From: Antedon mediterranea
Lineage: Eukaryota; Animalia; Echinodermata
Assembly: GCF_964355755.1 (NCBI RefSeq)
Contig: NC_092672.1
Span: 21,589,237 to 21,653,236, forward strand
DNA: 64,000 nucleotides
Direction: 5' to 3'
The notes under the pieces were generated by a model. The model was not told the DNA's origin. It saw only the letters and a list, made by a program, of their open reading frames with translations, and ran no database searches. Below, one piece after another: positions 51,658 to 63,265 of the stretch. The translations under genes and the position numbers were made by a program. Each line of letters begins with the position of its first letter. Within the stretch, counting starts at the first letter, position 1.

Positions 51658-53617
51658 AAAACATACATAGCAATACACATCATGTCAAGTTAGTTCCCGC
51701 AACATAGGAACCACAGTCCTTGTAAGGGTCTGGTATCACAGTGTATAAAACATACATAGCAATACACACCATGTCAAGTTAGTTCCTGCAACATAGGAAC
51801 CACAGTCATGGTAGGGGTCTGGTATCACAGTGTATAAAACATACATAGCAATACACATCATGTCAAGTTAGTTCCCGCAACATAGGAACCACAGTCCTGG
51901 TAGGGGTCTGGTATCACAGTGTAAAAAACATACATAGCAATACACATCATGTCAAGTTAGTTCCCGCAACATAGGAACCACAGTCCTGGTAAGGGTCTGG
52001 TATCACAGTGTAAAAAACATACATAGCAATACACATCATGTCAAGTTAGTTCCCGCAACATAGGAACCACAGTCCTGGTAGGGGTCTGGTATCACAGTGT
52101 ATAAAACATACATAGCAATACACATCATGTCAAGTTAGTTCCTGCAACATAGGAACCACAGTCCTGGTAGGGGTCTGGTATCACAGTGTAAAAAACATAC
52201 ATAGCAATACACATCATGTCAAGTTAGTTCCCGCAACATAGGAACCACAGTCCTGGTAGGGGTCTGGTATCACAGTGTATAAAACATACATAGCAATACA
52301 CATCATGTCAAGTTAGTTCCCACAACATAGGAACCACAGTCCTGGTAGGGGTCTGGTATTACAGTGTAAAAAAACATACATAGCAATACACAACATGTCA
52401 AGTTAGTTCCCACAACATAGGAACCACAGTCCTGGTAAGGGTCTGGTATCACGGTGTATAAAACATACATAGCAATGCACATCATGTCAAGTTAGTTCCC
52501 GCAACATAGGAACCACAGTCATGGTAGGGGTCTGGTATCACAGTGTAAAAAACATACATAGCAATACACAACATGTCAAGTTAGTTCCTGCAATATAGGA
52601 ACCACAGTCCTGGTAAGGGTCTGGTATCACAGTGTATAAAACATACATAGCAATACACATCATGTCAAGTTAGTTCCCACAACATAGGAACCACAGTCCT
52701 GGTAAGGGTCTGGTATCACAATGTATAAAACATACATAGCAATACACATCATGTCAAGTTAGTTCCCGCAACATAGGAACCACAGTCCTGGTAAGGGTCT
52801 GGTATCACAGTGTATAAAACATACATAGCAATACACATCATGTCAAGTTAGTTCCCGCAACATAGGAACCACAGTCCTGGTAAGGGTCTGGTATCACAGT
52901 GTAAAAAACATACATAGCAATACACATCATGTCAAGTTAGTTCCTGCAACATAGGAACCACAGTCCTGGTAAGGGTCTGGTATCACAGTGTAAAAAACAT
53001 ACATAGCAATACACATCATGTCAAGTTAGTTCCCGCAACATAGGAACCACAGTCCTGGTAAGGGTCTGGTATCACAGTGTATAAAACATACATAGCAATA
53101 CACATCATGTCAAGTTAGTTCCCGCAACATAGGAACCACAGTCCTGGTAAGGGTCTGGTATCACAGTGTATAAAACATACATAGCAATACACATCATGTC
53201 AAGTTAGTTCCCGCAACATAGGAACCACAGTCCTGGTAGGGGTCTGGTATCACAGTGTATAAAACATACATAGCAATACACATCATGTCAAGTTAGTTCC
53301 CGCAACATAGGAACCACAGTCCTGGTAAGGGTCTGGTATCACAGTGTATAAAACATACATAGCAATACACATCATGTCAAGTTAGTTCCCGCAACATAGG
53401 AACCACAGTCCTGGTAGGGGTCTGGTATCACAGTGTATAAAACATACATAGCAATACACATCATGTCAAGTTAGTTCCCGCAACATAGGAACCACAGTCC
53501 TGGTAGGGGTCTGGTATCACAGTGTATAAAACATACATAGTAATACACATCATGTCAAGTTAGTTCCCGCAACATAGGAACCACAGTCATGGTAGGGGTC
53601 TGGTATCACAATGTAAA
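51658..53617. repeat. 89-bp minisatellite, ~22 near-identical copies, intronic
   Basis: Unit aaacatacatagcaatacacatcatgtcaagttagttcccgcaacataggaaccacagtcctggtaagggtctggtatcacagtgtata. Confidence 0.95.
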
Positions 53618-53923
53618 AATGGTGAAAGTTTATTTTACAGTCTGCATTAATCTGCATGTTTGACTTGATGAGGCATGAACAAAAGTGCTCAGAACAAAAG
53701 CAGAGCAAAATAGATAAAAAATGACTATTTATTTGCATACTAGATTACTTCATAAAAATGATAAAAAGAAGAGCTATTTTATCACCTTGATGAAACAGTA
53801 CAGTATGTAGTGTGCAAATAGAATGTTGAAGTTTTTACTTGAGTCATCAAACTTTATCTATATAAAATATTGTAATATTATATTATAATTACCCATGAAA
53901 ACATAATCCTTGTTAATTTCCAG

Positions 53924-54013
53924 TTTTTCCTGACAAATACAGTATCATACTGTGTTGCTTTCAATGTCATGGACAACTTGGATGAGCCAGCTAAACCACG
54001 GGATTCAAAAATA
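53924..54013 (+). CDS. Roc exon (FFLTNTVSYCVAFNVMDNLDEPAKPRDSKI)
   Basis: Continues the TH.FFLT motif in phase 0; ccag|...|gtaagt. Confidence 0.88.
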
Positions 54014-54129
54014 GTAAGTTAAACTTTAGTACTTTAGACAATCTTGTAAACTACAAATGGCTGCTATGATTTAATAATGTAATTTAATTTCAATATTAGT
54101 GTAAAAATATATTGGCATTGTCATTTTAG

Positions 54130-54318
54130 GGTCAGCTAGGAATGACTAATTTGGACATGAATTTGTTCTGGATAAGGTCCATTTATGAACACACTGTACA
54201 ACATGGTTCAGGAAACATTATTTCAATTGATGGCAAGAACATAGGGTCACCTCCCATCTGTTTGGTTGCAACTCATGTGGACAAATTGTCAGGGACAGCA
54301 TCAGAAAAAGAGGAGGAG
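54130..54318 (+). CDS. Roc exon with G4 motif (…FWIRSI…SPPICLVATHVDKL…)
   Basis: W..SI and PP..LV.TH.D Roc motifs; 189 bp phase 0-0. Confidence 0.9.
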
Positions 54319-54370
54319 GTAAATAGTATATAAATATTAGATATTTATATCTTGTCTTTTTCTCAACTAT

Positions 54371-54935
54371 TACCTCTTTCACACCAACCTAGCAACACCG
54401 GGGTTAATAAAATAAAATTGTAAATGTCGCCCTCTATTTTTTTTTTTTACATAGCGACGATCCGGAGTTTAACTGCGGGGTTGAACAGCTGAATATTCTC
54501 CGGAGAACGAACTGCGGGGACACCCTGGTGTTTTGGTGTGAAAGGTACATCATCAAACTCCGGAGTGTTTCGGGTCAAAAGGTCATCCTCACACGATCAC
54601 TCATTGCTTTAGTTTTATTTCAAAATACTTTAAATATTTGTACAAAATATATAGCGGGTTTAAAAAATAATAAGTAGTATCAATAAAACATTATATTACT
54701 TCTGAGACTTTTGAAAGTAATTATTAAATTTAAAATATTAATAAAAATGATTCTAATGATCGTCGCTATGTAAACAAACAAAATAGAGGGCGACATTTAC
54801 AATTTTATTCTATAAACCCCGGTGTTGCTAGGTTGGTGTGAAAGGGGTATCTCCGGAGTTTCTCGACGTTTTGAATGGTCATAAACCCCGGGGTGTCTCC
54901 GGAGACACTCCGGAGTTTTGGTGTGAAAGGGGGTA
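54371..54935. mobile_element. Palindromic MITE, PIF/Harbinger-like
   Basis: tacctctttcacaccaacctagcaacaccgggg… mirrored at ~54785..54848; a second ggtgtgaaagggggta end at 54935. Confidence 0.6.
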
Positions 54936-56168
54936 TTAGTCAACATAAGCTCTCCTAGCAACTGAACACAACTGAATGCAACTATAAACCTCAACTGACT
55001 GCAACTGACAGGCGCACAAAAATGTAGACATTTATAATTACTTTCAGTTGCTTATGTTCTATTTTTTCTGTAACTGAGTGAAACTGAAAAGTTTTAAACG
55101 TATCACACGTGTGGTATGGGTAACGGCGACCAGTCGCGATTGGTTTGTATAGGCCTATACTGGTTCCTATAGAACTATGAATTGCGTTTTGCGTGTAGTG
55201 AGGTAAATTAATAGGCTCTTTAGAATTAATATTTTGCCTACAAAATGATTGACTGTATACAACCCATCAGTACAATTAGAACAAAAAAGCAGTTTGAGGT
55301 CTAATGTACATGTTTATACAATCAAATAATATAACATGAAAATGGAACATTTAAGTTAAACATTACATGCATTACAAAAGAATTCATTAAAGAAAGCACA
55401 TTAAAGTAGAAACATTGTTTGAGATTTTGTCATTTTGAATTACAGTATGAATTAAATAAAACAGACAGTTATGGAAGATTGTGTACATTAGGTTTTGACA
55501 TATTGTATTGTAAACCACTGATCATGATGATCACTATCACGCAGATTGATCTCACTGATCATGTGAGTATTCTCAGTGGATATATTATTGTCAACACTTA
55601 GCTTGAAAATATGCCTGGAGGCGCAAACAAAATCCTACATCGCGACAAAAATCCAAAATGACTGCCCGTTTGATATAAATTGTATTTATAATGTCTATTA
55701 AATGCTCTTTCAGAAATTTTTGATTGGGTATGTCATCCTCTGAATGTATTTTGTAATTTAACATATGACTTCTAAGTCCAAGATGGCCATCAAAATTCAA
55801 AATCGCTTCAAATTGAGCTGAATTGTATTTATAATGCCTATTAAATGGCCTTTTTAAACTTGTTTGTTTTTTATTTACCACACACATTGAATACAAAGTA
55901 AAAATATTAAATTCATTCATTCATTCTAGAAACATTTATTGACAATATCATAGCATGGCATAGCATGGTTGGCATATAATATATATAGTCGAGAGACTAC
56001 AAAAGGCCCGATGGGCCTGTCGCTGTAGTCCCTCTTTACATTATACAAGTATACATACAAATGAAATATACAATATAGATAATACAGTATACAGTATTAG
56101 CGTGATCAGTAATCATTGTGATGAGTTATCAGCGATAGTAGCAATATGAATGCATTTATTAATTGAAG

Positions 56169-56411
56169 GTTATGAAGATGTACAAGAAAATGTTTGATAA
56201 AATGGAAGGAATGCCATATGCTCACCATGTAGATCGTGAAATGTACATGGTTGATAACACCATGAAATCACCTGAAGGTATTACAAAACTTAAGCGAAAT
56301 GTTGGTAGATACATGAAGGAAATGGTGAGAGAAGTTCCAGTAAAGTGGGTTAATTTACAGGAAAGTTTGCAAAGAATTGGTGAAACAGAATTGTGTATTA
56401 CATTTGAGGAG
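56169..56411 (+). CDS. Roc end / COR start exon (…MYMVDNT…GITKLK…EVPVKWVNLQESL…)
   Basis: G5-like VDNT followed by the COR P..W motif; 243 bp phase 0-0. Confidence 0.87.
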
Positions 56412-56602
56412 GTAAAGTTTTGATTGTGGATTCCAATGTAATTATATAATATTATTATTTATTGTTACTTTGTTTTATTCCTACAGACATTAGTAATATT
56501 TATAGTCCTGGCCCATCATTGAATTTTCCATTAGATTTTCTCCAGGCTCTACAAGTAATGTACTTAAGTTAAGTTATTTGTTTGAATTAAATTCTGTATT
56601 AG

Positions 56603-56797
56603 GTTTCCAGGATTAGCACTCAATGTGAAATTTCCGAAGAGGGGCTCGACACTGCCATAGAGTATATGAATGACATTGGGATCATTTTGCATTCAAGTAC
56701 TAACAAAGAACTGAAGAACACTGTGATAACAGATCTTAAAATGATGATTCAAATGGTGACAAAAGTGATCACGGTAGTTAAACCATCTATTAAAGTG
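56603..56797 (+). CDS. COR exon (…LDTAIEYMNDIGIILH…ELKNTVITD…)
   Basis: Matches the COR L.YLHDLG.I....L...V pattern; 195 bp phase 0-0. Confidence 0.87.
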
Positions 56798-56963
56798 GTA
56801 GGTAGATAATGTATTTTATTATGATATTAGATTGTCATCATGTGGATGTATAGGTGATGTTAATAATCTGTTCTTAGTAACTTGATGTGAAACAGTATAA
56901 TTGTATTGATCATGTGATTGCACTGTGTAAAGTAAGAATAAACTGGGTTTTTTTTTAATATAG

Positions 56964-57125
56964 AAGCAAATGAGGATGCTGTGGAAAAGGCTTGATGAGG
57001 AAGGAATACTGGAGGAAAGACTGCTACGGTATTTATGGAAACATGAATTAAAGGAAGACCCACATCGCTTTGAAATCTTTACTGAAGTGATGAAAACATT
57101 TAGTTTGCTCTTTGAGAAATTGAAG
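56964..57125 (+). CDS. COR exon (KQMRMLWKRLDEEGILEERLLRYLW…VMKTFSLL…)
   Basis: G.L....L...W and M..F.L COR pattern; 162 bp; ag|...|gtaagt. Confidence 0.87.
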
Positions 57126-57334
57126 GTAAGTTAATTCAATTCAATTCAATTTCTTTATTGCTGCAAATGCCATCAAGGGCTAATATCCGCTTAAACATAC
57201 TACATCATACAGATACATTGTATTTACATTCAAAATTGTTTTAAACATTTTATTTTAGATTGGATGTCACTTAAATTAGCTTAAATGTTATACTTGTAAT
57301 ATTTTAATTTACAATACTTTGCTTACATCTGCAG

Positions 57335-57622
57335 GTAACCGAAGGTAACCGGGTATTCCTGGTTCCATCTCGAATGAAAACCGAAGAAAAGAGTCTTGAA
57401 GTTGAAACGGACAAACAAAATATGGTGTCAATCTATCTTACACCTGTAGACTTTCTTCCTAATGCTGTCTACAATACATTGGTTGTTGCGTTTCTGGACT
57501 TAATGGAGGTAAAAAATAAAGATGGCGAACAACTTGTGTCTCAAAACCGCAGTGAATTCGACTTTAAGGATCATGGGGTCAATCTAGGCACAGTGAAAAT
57601 TGAAAACAAGCATGCATTAAAG
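57335..57622 (+). CDS. COR exon (VTEGNRVFLVPSRM…FLPNAVYNTLVV…)
   Basis: (Y/F)LVPS and FLP....L motifs of COR; 288 bp phase 0-0. Confidence 0.87.
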
Positions 57623-57862
57623 GTTTGGAAATTCATTTATTTATTTAATTTTTCAAATAAATATATTTAAAGACAAAATTGTAGATAGCAAACAGAGTTT
57701 TAAATAATTACAATCTCAATCTTACTACTATTACACTACAGTATTACATTTTCATTTTATGAATACATTGAATGCACAATGAATACTGGTAATAATAATG
57801 GTAATGTTTTGCATATATTATTTAACTCATTTTAAATTAACAAAGACAATTTTCCTCATCAG

Positions 57863-57943
57863 CTTGAAATAACTTATCTGACTGAAGTTGATGGTAATGT
57901 TAGAGACCAAATGAATGAACCGCAGCCAAGTTTCTGCATAGAG
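57863..57943 (+). CDS. COR C-terminal exon (LEITYLTEVDGNVRDQMNEPQPSFCIE)
   Basis: 81 bp, catcag|...|gtaaag, open in phase 0. Confidence 0.75.
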
Positions 57944-58452
57944 GTAAAGATTAGCATGATAGGCTTTATTAATAACATTGTTAACACCAGCACTTGAATG
58001 TAATGATTGCCAATAAACGGAAATAAATGGAAATTATCATATGTACGTTCAAGTCGCCATGTACGAAACTCAAATTGCTGACTCTAATAAAAATTACAAA
58101 AGACATATTTATAATTTTTTATTCTACGATATGTATATAATGTCTTTTTTATTCACCCAAAAACTATGTAAATTCATGGCACGCTGGACCACCTAGTCGT
58201 AGGCGTAAGGTATCCCAGGAAAACTTGATGCCCCAAATTGGAATTTGGCAAACTGGCTAAATACTATATATAAACAGCTTCCACCTTCTATGTAATCTTT
58301 GTTATCATGTAACACTCAGAGCCATTGAGTCACTCTGCATAATCTATTCTGCTCTGCTTAATTGCGTCAAGCACTTTTGCCTATATGGGTTGGTTCAAGC
58401 TTTCAACCTATTATATTTAAAACTTATGTTCTACATTTTACTTGGTTTGTAG

Positions 58453-58663
58453 GTGTTAAGATATCTAAAGCATCAATTAAAAACTGTACTTGTCACTAGA
58501 GAAGGAGTTGGCTACAATCTATGTGTGTTGTGTACTGCTTGTTATCCAGCAGAGAAGCCTCATTTACATGATCTCAAAAAGTGCTTGAAACTAGATACTA
58601 ATAGTGTTAAATGTGGCAATGAACGCATGATTACCAATCATTTAAAGCGGCTATTTTTGGAAG
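58453..58663 (+). CDS. COR C-terminal exon with Cys/His cluster (VLRYLKHQL…LCTAC…HLHDLKKC…KCG…LFLE)
   Basis: tgtag|...gaa g|gttagt; open frame; phase 0-1. Confidence 0.82.
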
Positions 58664-58974
58664 GTTAGTTGAAATTTTTGATTATCATCACAATTTTCTT
58701 TTTGCAGTATTTTTATTTGATACCACATTTTACCAATACAATGTACAAAGATTAGTCCAGAGACATATACAAAGGCCGTTTTAATTATAGATAGGTTTAA
58801 TTGTTAAAGTAATACATGGTTAAATACTTTTTTTTTACAATATAATGTAAATCAGTTTATATGAGTTTCCCCTGCAGAATAAGGGGAAACAAGCTCATCA
58901 GTGGCTGGTTTGTGATAATACCAGATAATAAAAAAATGTCTTGTATGTAATTATTAGTCCTTGCTAATGGTAGA

Positions 58975-59260
58975 AAAATGATAACATGAAACTATCAGTA
59001 TCCACTTAAGATAAAAAAAAATGATAACATGAAACTATCAGTATCCACCTAACATAAAGGAAATATGATAACATGAAACTATCAGTATCCACCTAAGATA
59101 AAAAAAAAATGATAACATGAAACTATCAGTATCCACCTAAGATAAAAAAAATGATAACATGAAACTATCAGTATCCACCTAAGATAAAATAAAAAATGAT
59201 AACATGAAACTATCAGTATCCACCTAAGATAAAAAAAAAAATGATAACATGAAACTATCA
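58975..59260. repeat. ~43-bp minisatellite, ~6.5 copies
   Basis: Unit atgataacatgaaactatcagtatccacctaagat plus a variable A-run. Confidence 0.9.
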
Positions 59261-59340
59261 TGAATAATACCATCAAACTTACGAGTTAGGGTGACTATAG
59301 CAAGGCATTTAATAAAAAGGCAAATTGCCTTAAAATGTAA

Positions 59341-59380
59341 ATGTGACATGTTTCGAGAAACTATTCTCATCATCACAACC
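59341..59380 (-). ncRNA. Degenerate minimal type-I hammerhead ribozyme motif (second copy at 19101..19140) within a dispersed ~170 bp repeat
   Basis: Minus strand reads (c/g)UGAUGA-u-GAGAA-uagu-UUCUC-GAAAC-au-GUC. Confidence 0.5.
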
Positions 59381-60091
59381 GTAAACAACGCCTAGAGTGC
59401 TTATATACCAATAGAACATATTGTATGTAAATAAGTAAGTATTTAGCATAATAAAACAACAAGGAATGTAGGCAACAACCAATCATATGGCAAGTGTGAC
59501 GCCTAAGTTATAGATTTGTTTGTTCAAGGAAGGTTTACTCCACAAGATGTGGAGGGCTGACTTGACTTTAAGTTTGAAAGCGGAATCTGTATATAGTCAT
59601 GAAACTATCAGTATCCACTTAAGATAAACCTAAAATCATCAAGGAAAGAATATAATATTTTCATTGTAGATTCTGTCAGATTTACAATTGTTTGTATTAA
59701 TAAGGATGAGATATAATACAGGATGACAGTTTTAACACTTAATTTCCCCAAATTAAACAAACATTATAAATAATGTATTTCTAAAAATCATCATGTCTCA
59801 AGTTCAGCAAATTCGAAATAGAATTTAAACAAAAATCATGAAAGATGTGTTGGTTAGGTTTTTTTAGAAACGATTATACTAGGAATGGGAATATCTGTTT
59901 TAAAACAAAGCTGTGTGAGCTACTATTTTAGGCCTGAATTATTATGTTATCTGAGATTAACAAAAGCATAGAAGTATTAACTAACATTAACACACAAGCT
60001 AATTTTCCCACAAGTTGGCTTAAAAATCAAACTATTAAAAAAAAATTGATATGGTCTTCATTGCTAAGTAAAGTTTGGAAAAATGTTAGTA

Positions 60092-60862
60092 TCTATAATA
60101 AATTTACGCAAGGGAAAAATGTGGTAAATCGCGCGTTACTTCTAGAATGTTTACTCGATAGTATATAAAGTTGGTTCGTACTTTCGGTACTGATTTTAAC
60201 CACCTGATGTAACCTTGTTTGTTAATAAATAAATAGAGTTAGATAATTAGTTACTGACGATTAAAACGAATTTAGGTTCAACGATTTGCCTCAAATAGGG
60301 AGTTTTCCAATCTGTCTAATGGATGTCCATCTTGAAAAATACCTGCATACAATAATATGAGGATGCTTGGCATTTACCTATCTCCTCCTATGATAATTGT
60401 TTTTAATAGCTGAAAACCGTTGAAGACAGGCCGATTTTCTTTAAAAAATAATATTTTATAGATTTAATATACGTTTATACAAATGTATTGATTTGCGATG
60501 AATGGAAGAATTCAATCTCTCAGTCTCCCAGATACTTAAGTATTTGGTTTAACATAAGTAGGTACATTTATGGGCCCTTCGAAAATAAACTTGAAACCTT
60601 TAGATATAGTATTGCAATACAAAATTTATACGTATTAACCATTTTTGGGTGCCATTTGAATCGCAAATTTCTTACCGCGAGTGTGGGTACTGTTGGATAT
60701 ATAAACACAATATATACAAAACGTTTGTATTAATTAATTATTTATTATAATTACAAAAAATATAAACGTAGAGGTGTATCGTTACATGTACTTTACTATT
60801 TCAATCGACTATAACAGGGATAGTTTTAACAAAGTATTAAATCGCAAATGTTCTATTTAGTG
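60092..60862 (+). mobile_element. Non-autonomous Helitron copy 4, 3'-truncated
   Basis: A|TCTATAATAAATTTACG start; similarity lost after ~60860. Confidence 0.75.
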
Positions 60863-61030
60863 AGACAAATCTCATGACACAAAATACATGAATAAGGTCC
60901 AATGTGAATGGCATAATAAAACAGTGTATCCTAGTGTTGTTAACAGAATAGTTAATTTAATAAAAACTAACGATGTGTATTGAATAAATTGTGATACTGT
61001 TTTCGTTATTATGACTTTTATTTTGTATAG

Positions 61031-61069
61031 ATACTACTACTCCTCTGGCTACAAGCTCATTACAGACAG
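61031..61069 (+). CDS. Ser/Thr/Ala-rich linker micro-exon 1 (DTTTPLATSSLQT), phase 1-1
   Basis: 39 bp, tgtatag|...cag|gttagt; in phase with both neighbours. Confidence 0.7.
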
Positions 61070-61580
61070 GTTAGTTGGTTATCATTAGATCATTAGAGAT
61101 CCTTGGATAGGGTAGTGTTACAACCACTAATGTAGAAAATATTAGCTAATGTTGAAATGGCAATAGCTAAATGTAGAAATAACTTGCTCATATGTAATTA
61201 GTACCAGCTAAGGTGAGAAAATGCTTCACAACTATAATTAAACTACTGTTTGGAACTACATCAAGAAACCTGAAGGATAGATACATTATGTGAAGTTAAA
61301 TGTAATATAAAGTTGGTAATACATAAGGATAACAACTAAGCAGATTCTGTATTAATCACTTTCAACTACCATGTCTGTGTTTTGGGGATATTAATTATTC
61401 CCTATGCAGCAATATAAATTGTGATCTGATTTCTGGAAAGTTATGGTGTTTTAGGAATTTATATTCATACATACATACATATTCACACAATGATTTTCAA
61501 CAACTATGATAATTATGATAATTATGATAATTATGCTCAATTTATATCATAATTTCGGAAACTTGTCTTCAACCATTTAG

Positions 61581-61972
61581 AGTTGTCAGAGGATAATTTT
61601 AAACAGTTGATTGCAGACTTTGCAAAATGGTTTGATGATCGTGGTCTCCTTAAAAGGCTACAAGTTCTATGCATAGAAATAGTAGATGACATCGAAGAGT
61701 TGAAAAGGGTTACCAGTACAATCAACCTGTTAGCTCTTTTAACTGCAAATGGACAATTGAGTCAAACAAATCTTTCTGTCCTGTATGATGCAATAAAAGT
61801 AACAGAACAATTTGGCTTTCAGTCAGTCATTAAAGAAAAGCTTTACATACCTGTCTTAATACAGCTTATGAGCTTTAAAGTCACTCATTTGTTGGCGATG
61901 AATGGTTTTTCCCATCAAAGTTTTTTGTCCAATTATAAAATGAATATCATGACAAAAAGCATAACTGTCTAA
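61581..61972 (+). CDS. Death-effector-domain-like exon (ELSEDNFKQLIADFAKWFD…LLALLTANGQLSQTNLSVLYDAI…); 3' part may be read-through
   Basis: catttag| phase-1 acceptor; helical L..L...G.L...NL..L pattern of death-fold/DED domains; no clear donor, stop codon at 61970-61972. Confidence 0.65.
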
Positions 61973-61989
61973 CCATTTTTTGCAAACCA

Positions 61990-62360
61990 GATCTCTATGT
62001 TTTTTAAGCCTGTTAATGTCCCCACTAGACTACACTCATTAATGTACAATAGTTAGCATATGATGCATCATATAGATATGGAAGGCAATAAACAAATGAC
62101 ATAGACCATTTTAAATCTCTATGTTTTTGTAGCCTCTTTATCTATCCACTAGACTAGACTCATTAATGTACAATAGATAGCATATGATGGATCATGTAGA
62201 TATGGAAGGCAACAAACAACTGACATAGACCATTTTAAATCTATGTTTTTGTAGCCTCTTTATCTACACACTAGACTAGACTCATTAATGTACAATAGAT
62301 AGCATCTGATGCATCATAATATATAGATATAGAAAGCAACACACAACTGACATAGACCAT
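61990..62360. repeat. ~123-bp tandem repeat, 3 copies
   Basis: cactagacta…ctcattaatgtacaatag…gacatagaccat recurs three times. Confidence 0.85.
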
Positions 62361-62436
62361 AGCAGAACAGTGTATTGAATCAATTGTGATACTGTACTCT
62401 TGGTTATGACTAATATTATATCTGTTTTTTGTATAG

Positions 62437-62481
62437 ATACACAGACTGCTGCTCCTCTGGCTACAAGCTCATTAGAGACAG
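62437..62481 (+). CDS. Linker micro-exon 2 (DTQTAAPLATSSLET), phase 1-1
   Basis: 45 bp paralogue of 61031..61069 with intact splice sites. Confidence 0.6.
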
Positions 62482-62640
62482 GTTAGTGGTTATTATTAGA
62501 TCATTATGTATCATATGGACAGTTTGTCTGAAAATACATGAATATACATAATAGCATAACATCTTGGTGTCATTAGCAGAATAGTTGATTTAATACTGGT
62601 ATTCTGGATTATGACTAATGTATATGTTTATTTTGCATAG

Positions 62641-62697
62641 ATGCACCTATTGCTGCTCTTTTGGCTGCAAGCTCATTAGGGACACGTCGAGGTATAG
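62641..62697 (+). CDS. Linker micro-exon 3 (DAPIAALLAASSLGTRR[GI]), phase 1-1, two in-frame donors (after 62691 and after 62697)
   Basis: gcatag| acceptor; |gtatag and |gtgagt donors 6 nt apart; paralogue of the other micro-exons. Confidence 0.55.
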
Positions 62698-63265
62698 GTG
62701 AGTAACATTAGATCATTAGGGACAGGTATAGGTGAGTAACATTAGATCATTAGGGACAGGTATAGGTGAGTAACATTAGATCATTAGGGACAGGTATAGG
62801 TGAGTAACATTAGATCATTAGGGACAGGTATAGGTGAGTAACATTAGATCATTAGGGACAGGTATAGGTGAGTAACATTAGATCAGTAGGGACAGGTATA
62901 GGTGAGTAACATTAGATCATTAGGGACAGGTATAGGTGAGTAACATTAGATCATTAGGGACAGGTATAGGTGAGTAACATTAGATCATTAGGGACAGGTA
63001 TAGGTGAGTAACATTAGATCATTAGGGACAGGTATAGGTGAGTAACATTAGATCATTAGGGACAGGTATAGGTGAGTAACATTAGATCATTAGGGACAGG
63101 TATAGGTGAGTAACATTAGATCATTAGGGACAGGTATAGGTGAGTAACATTAGCTCATTAGGGACAGGTATAGGTGAGTAACATTAGCTCATTAGGGACA
63201 GGTATAGGTGAGTAACATTAGATCATTAGGGACAGGTATAGGTGAGTAACATTAGATCATTAGGG
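62691..63265. repeat. 34-bp minisatellite, ~17 copies, containing splice-donor motifs
   Basis: Unit ggtataggtgagtaacattagatcattagggaca. Confidence 0.95.

Noticed and set aside
51658-53617. 89-bp array as a CRISPR array, a retrozyme or a coding repeat
   Set aside because: No unique spacers, no CUGANGA/GAAA hammerhead core, and frames are interrupted by stops.
55911-56100. (TTCA)n tail plus hairpin gagagactac…gtagtccctct as an ncRNA or terminator
   Set aside because: More consistent with the 3' end of a minus-strand LINE/SINE fragment; not enough evidence for an RNA gene.
4090-61972. Assigning a gene symbol such as DAPK1, LRRK2 or MFHAS1
   Set aside because: No kinase or LRR exons are visible and the sequence is too divergent to claim orthology.
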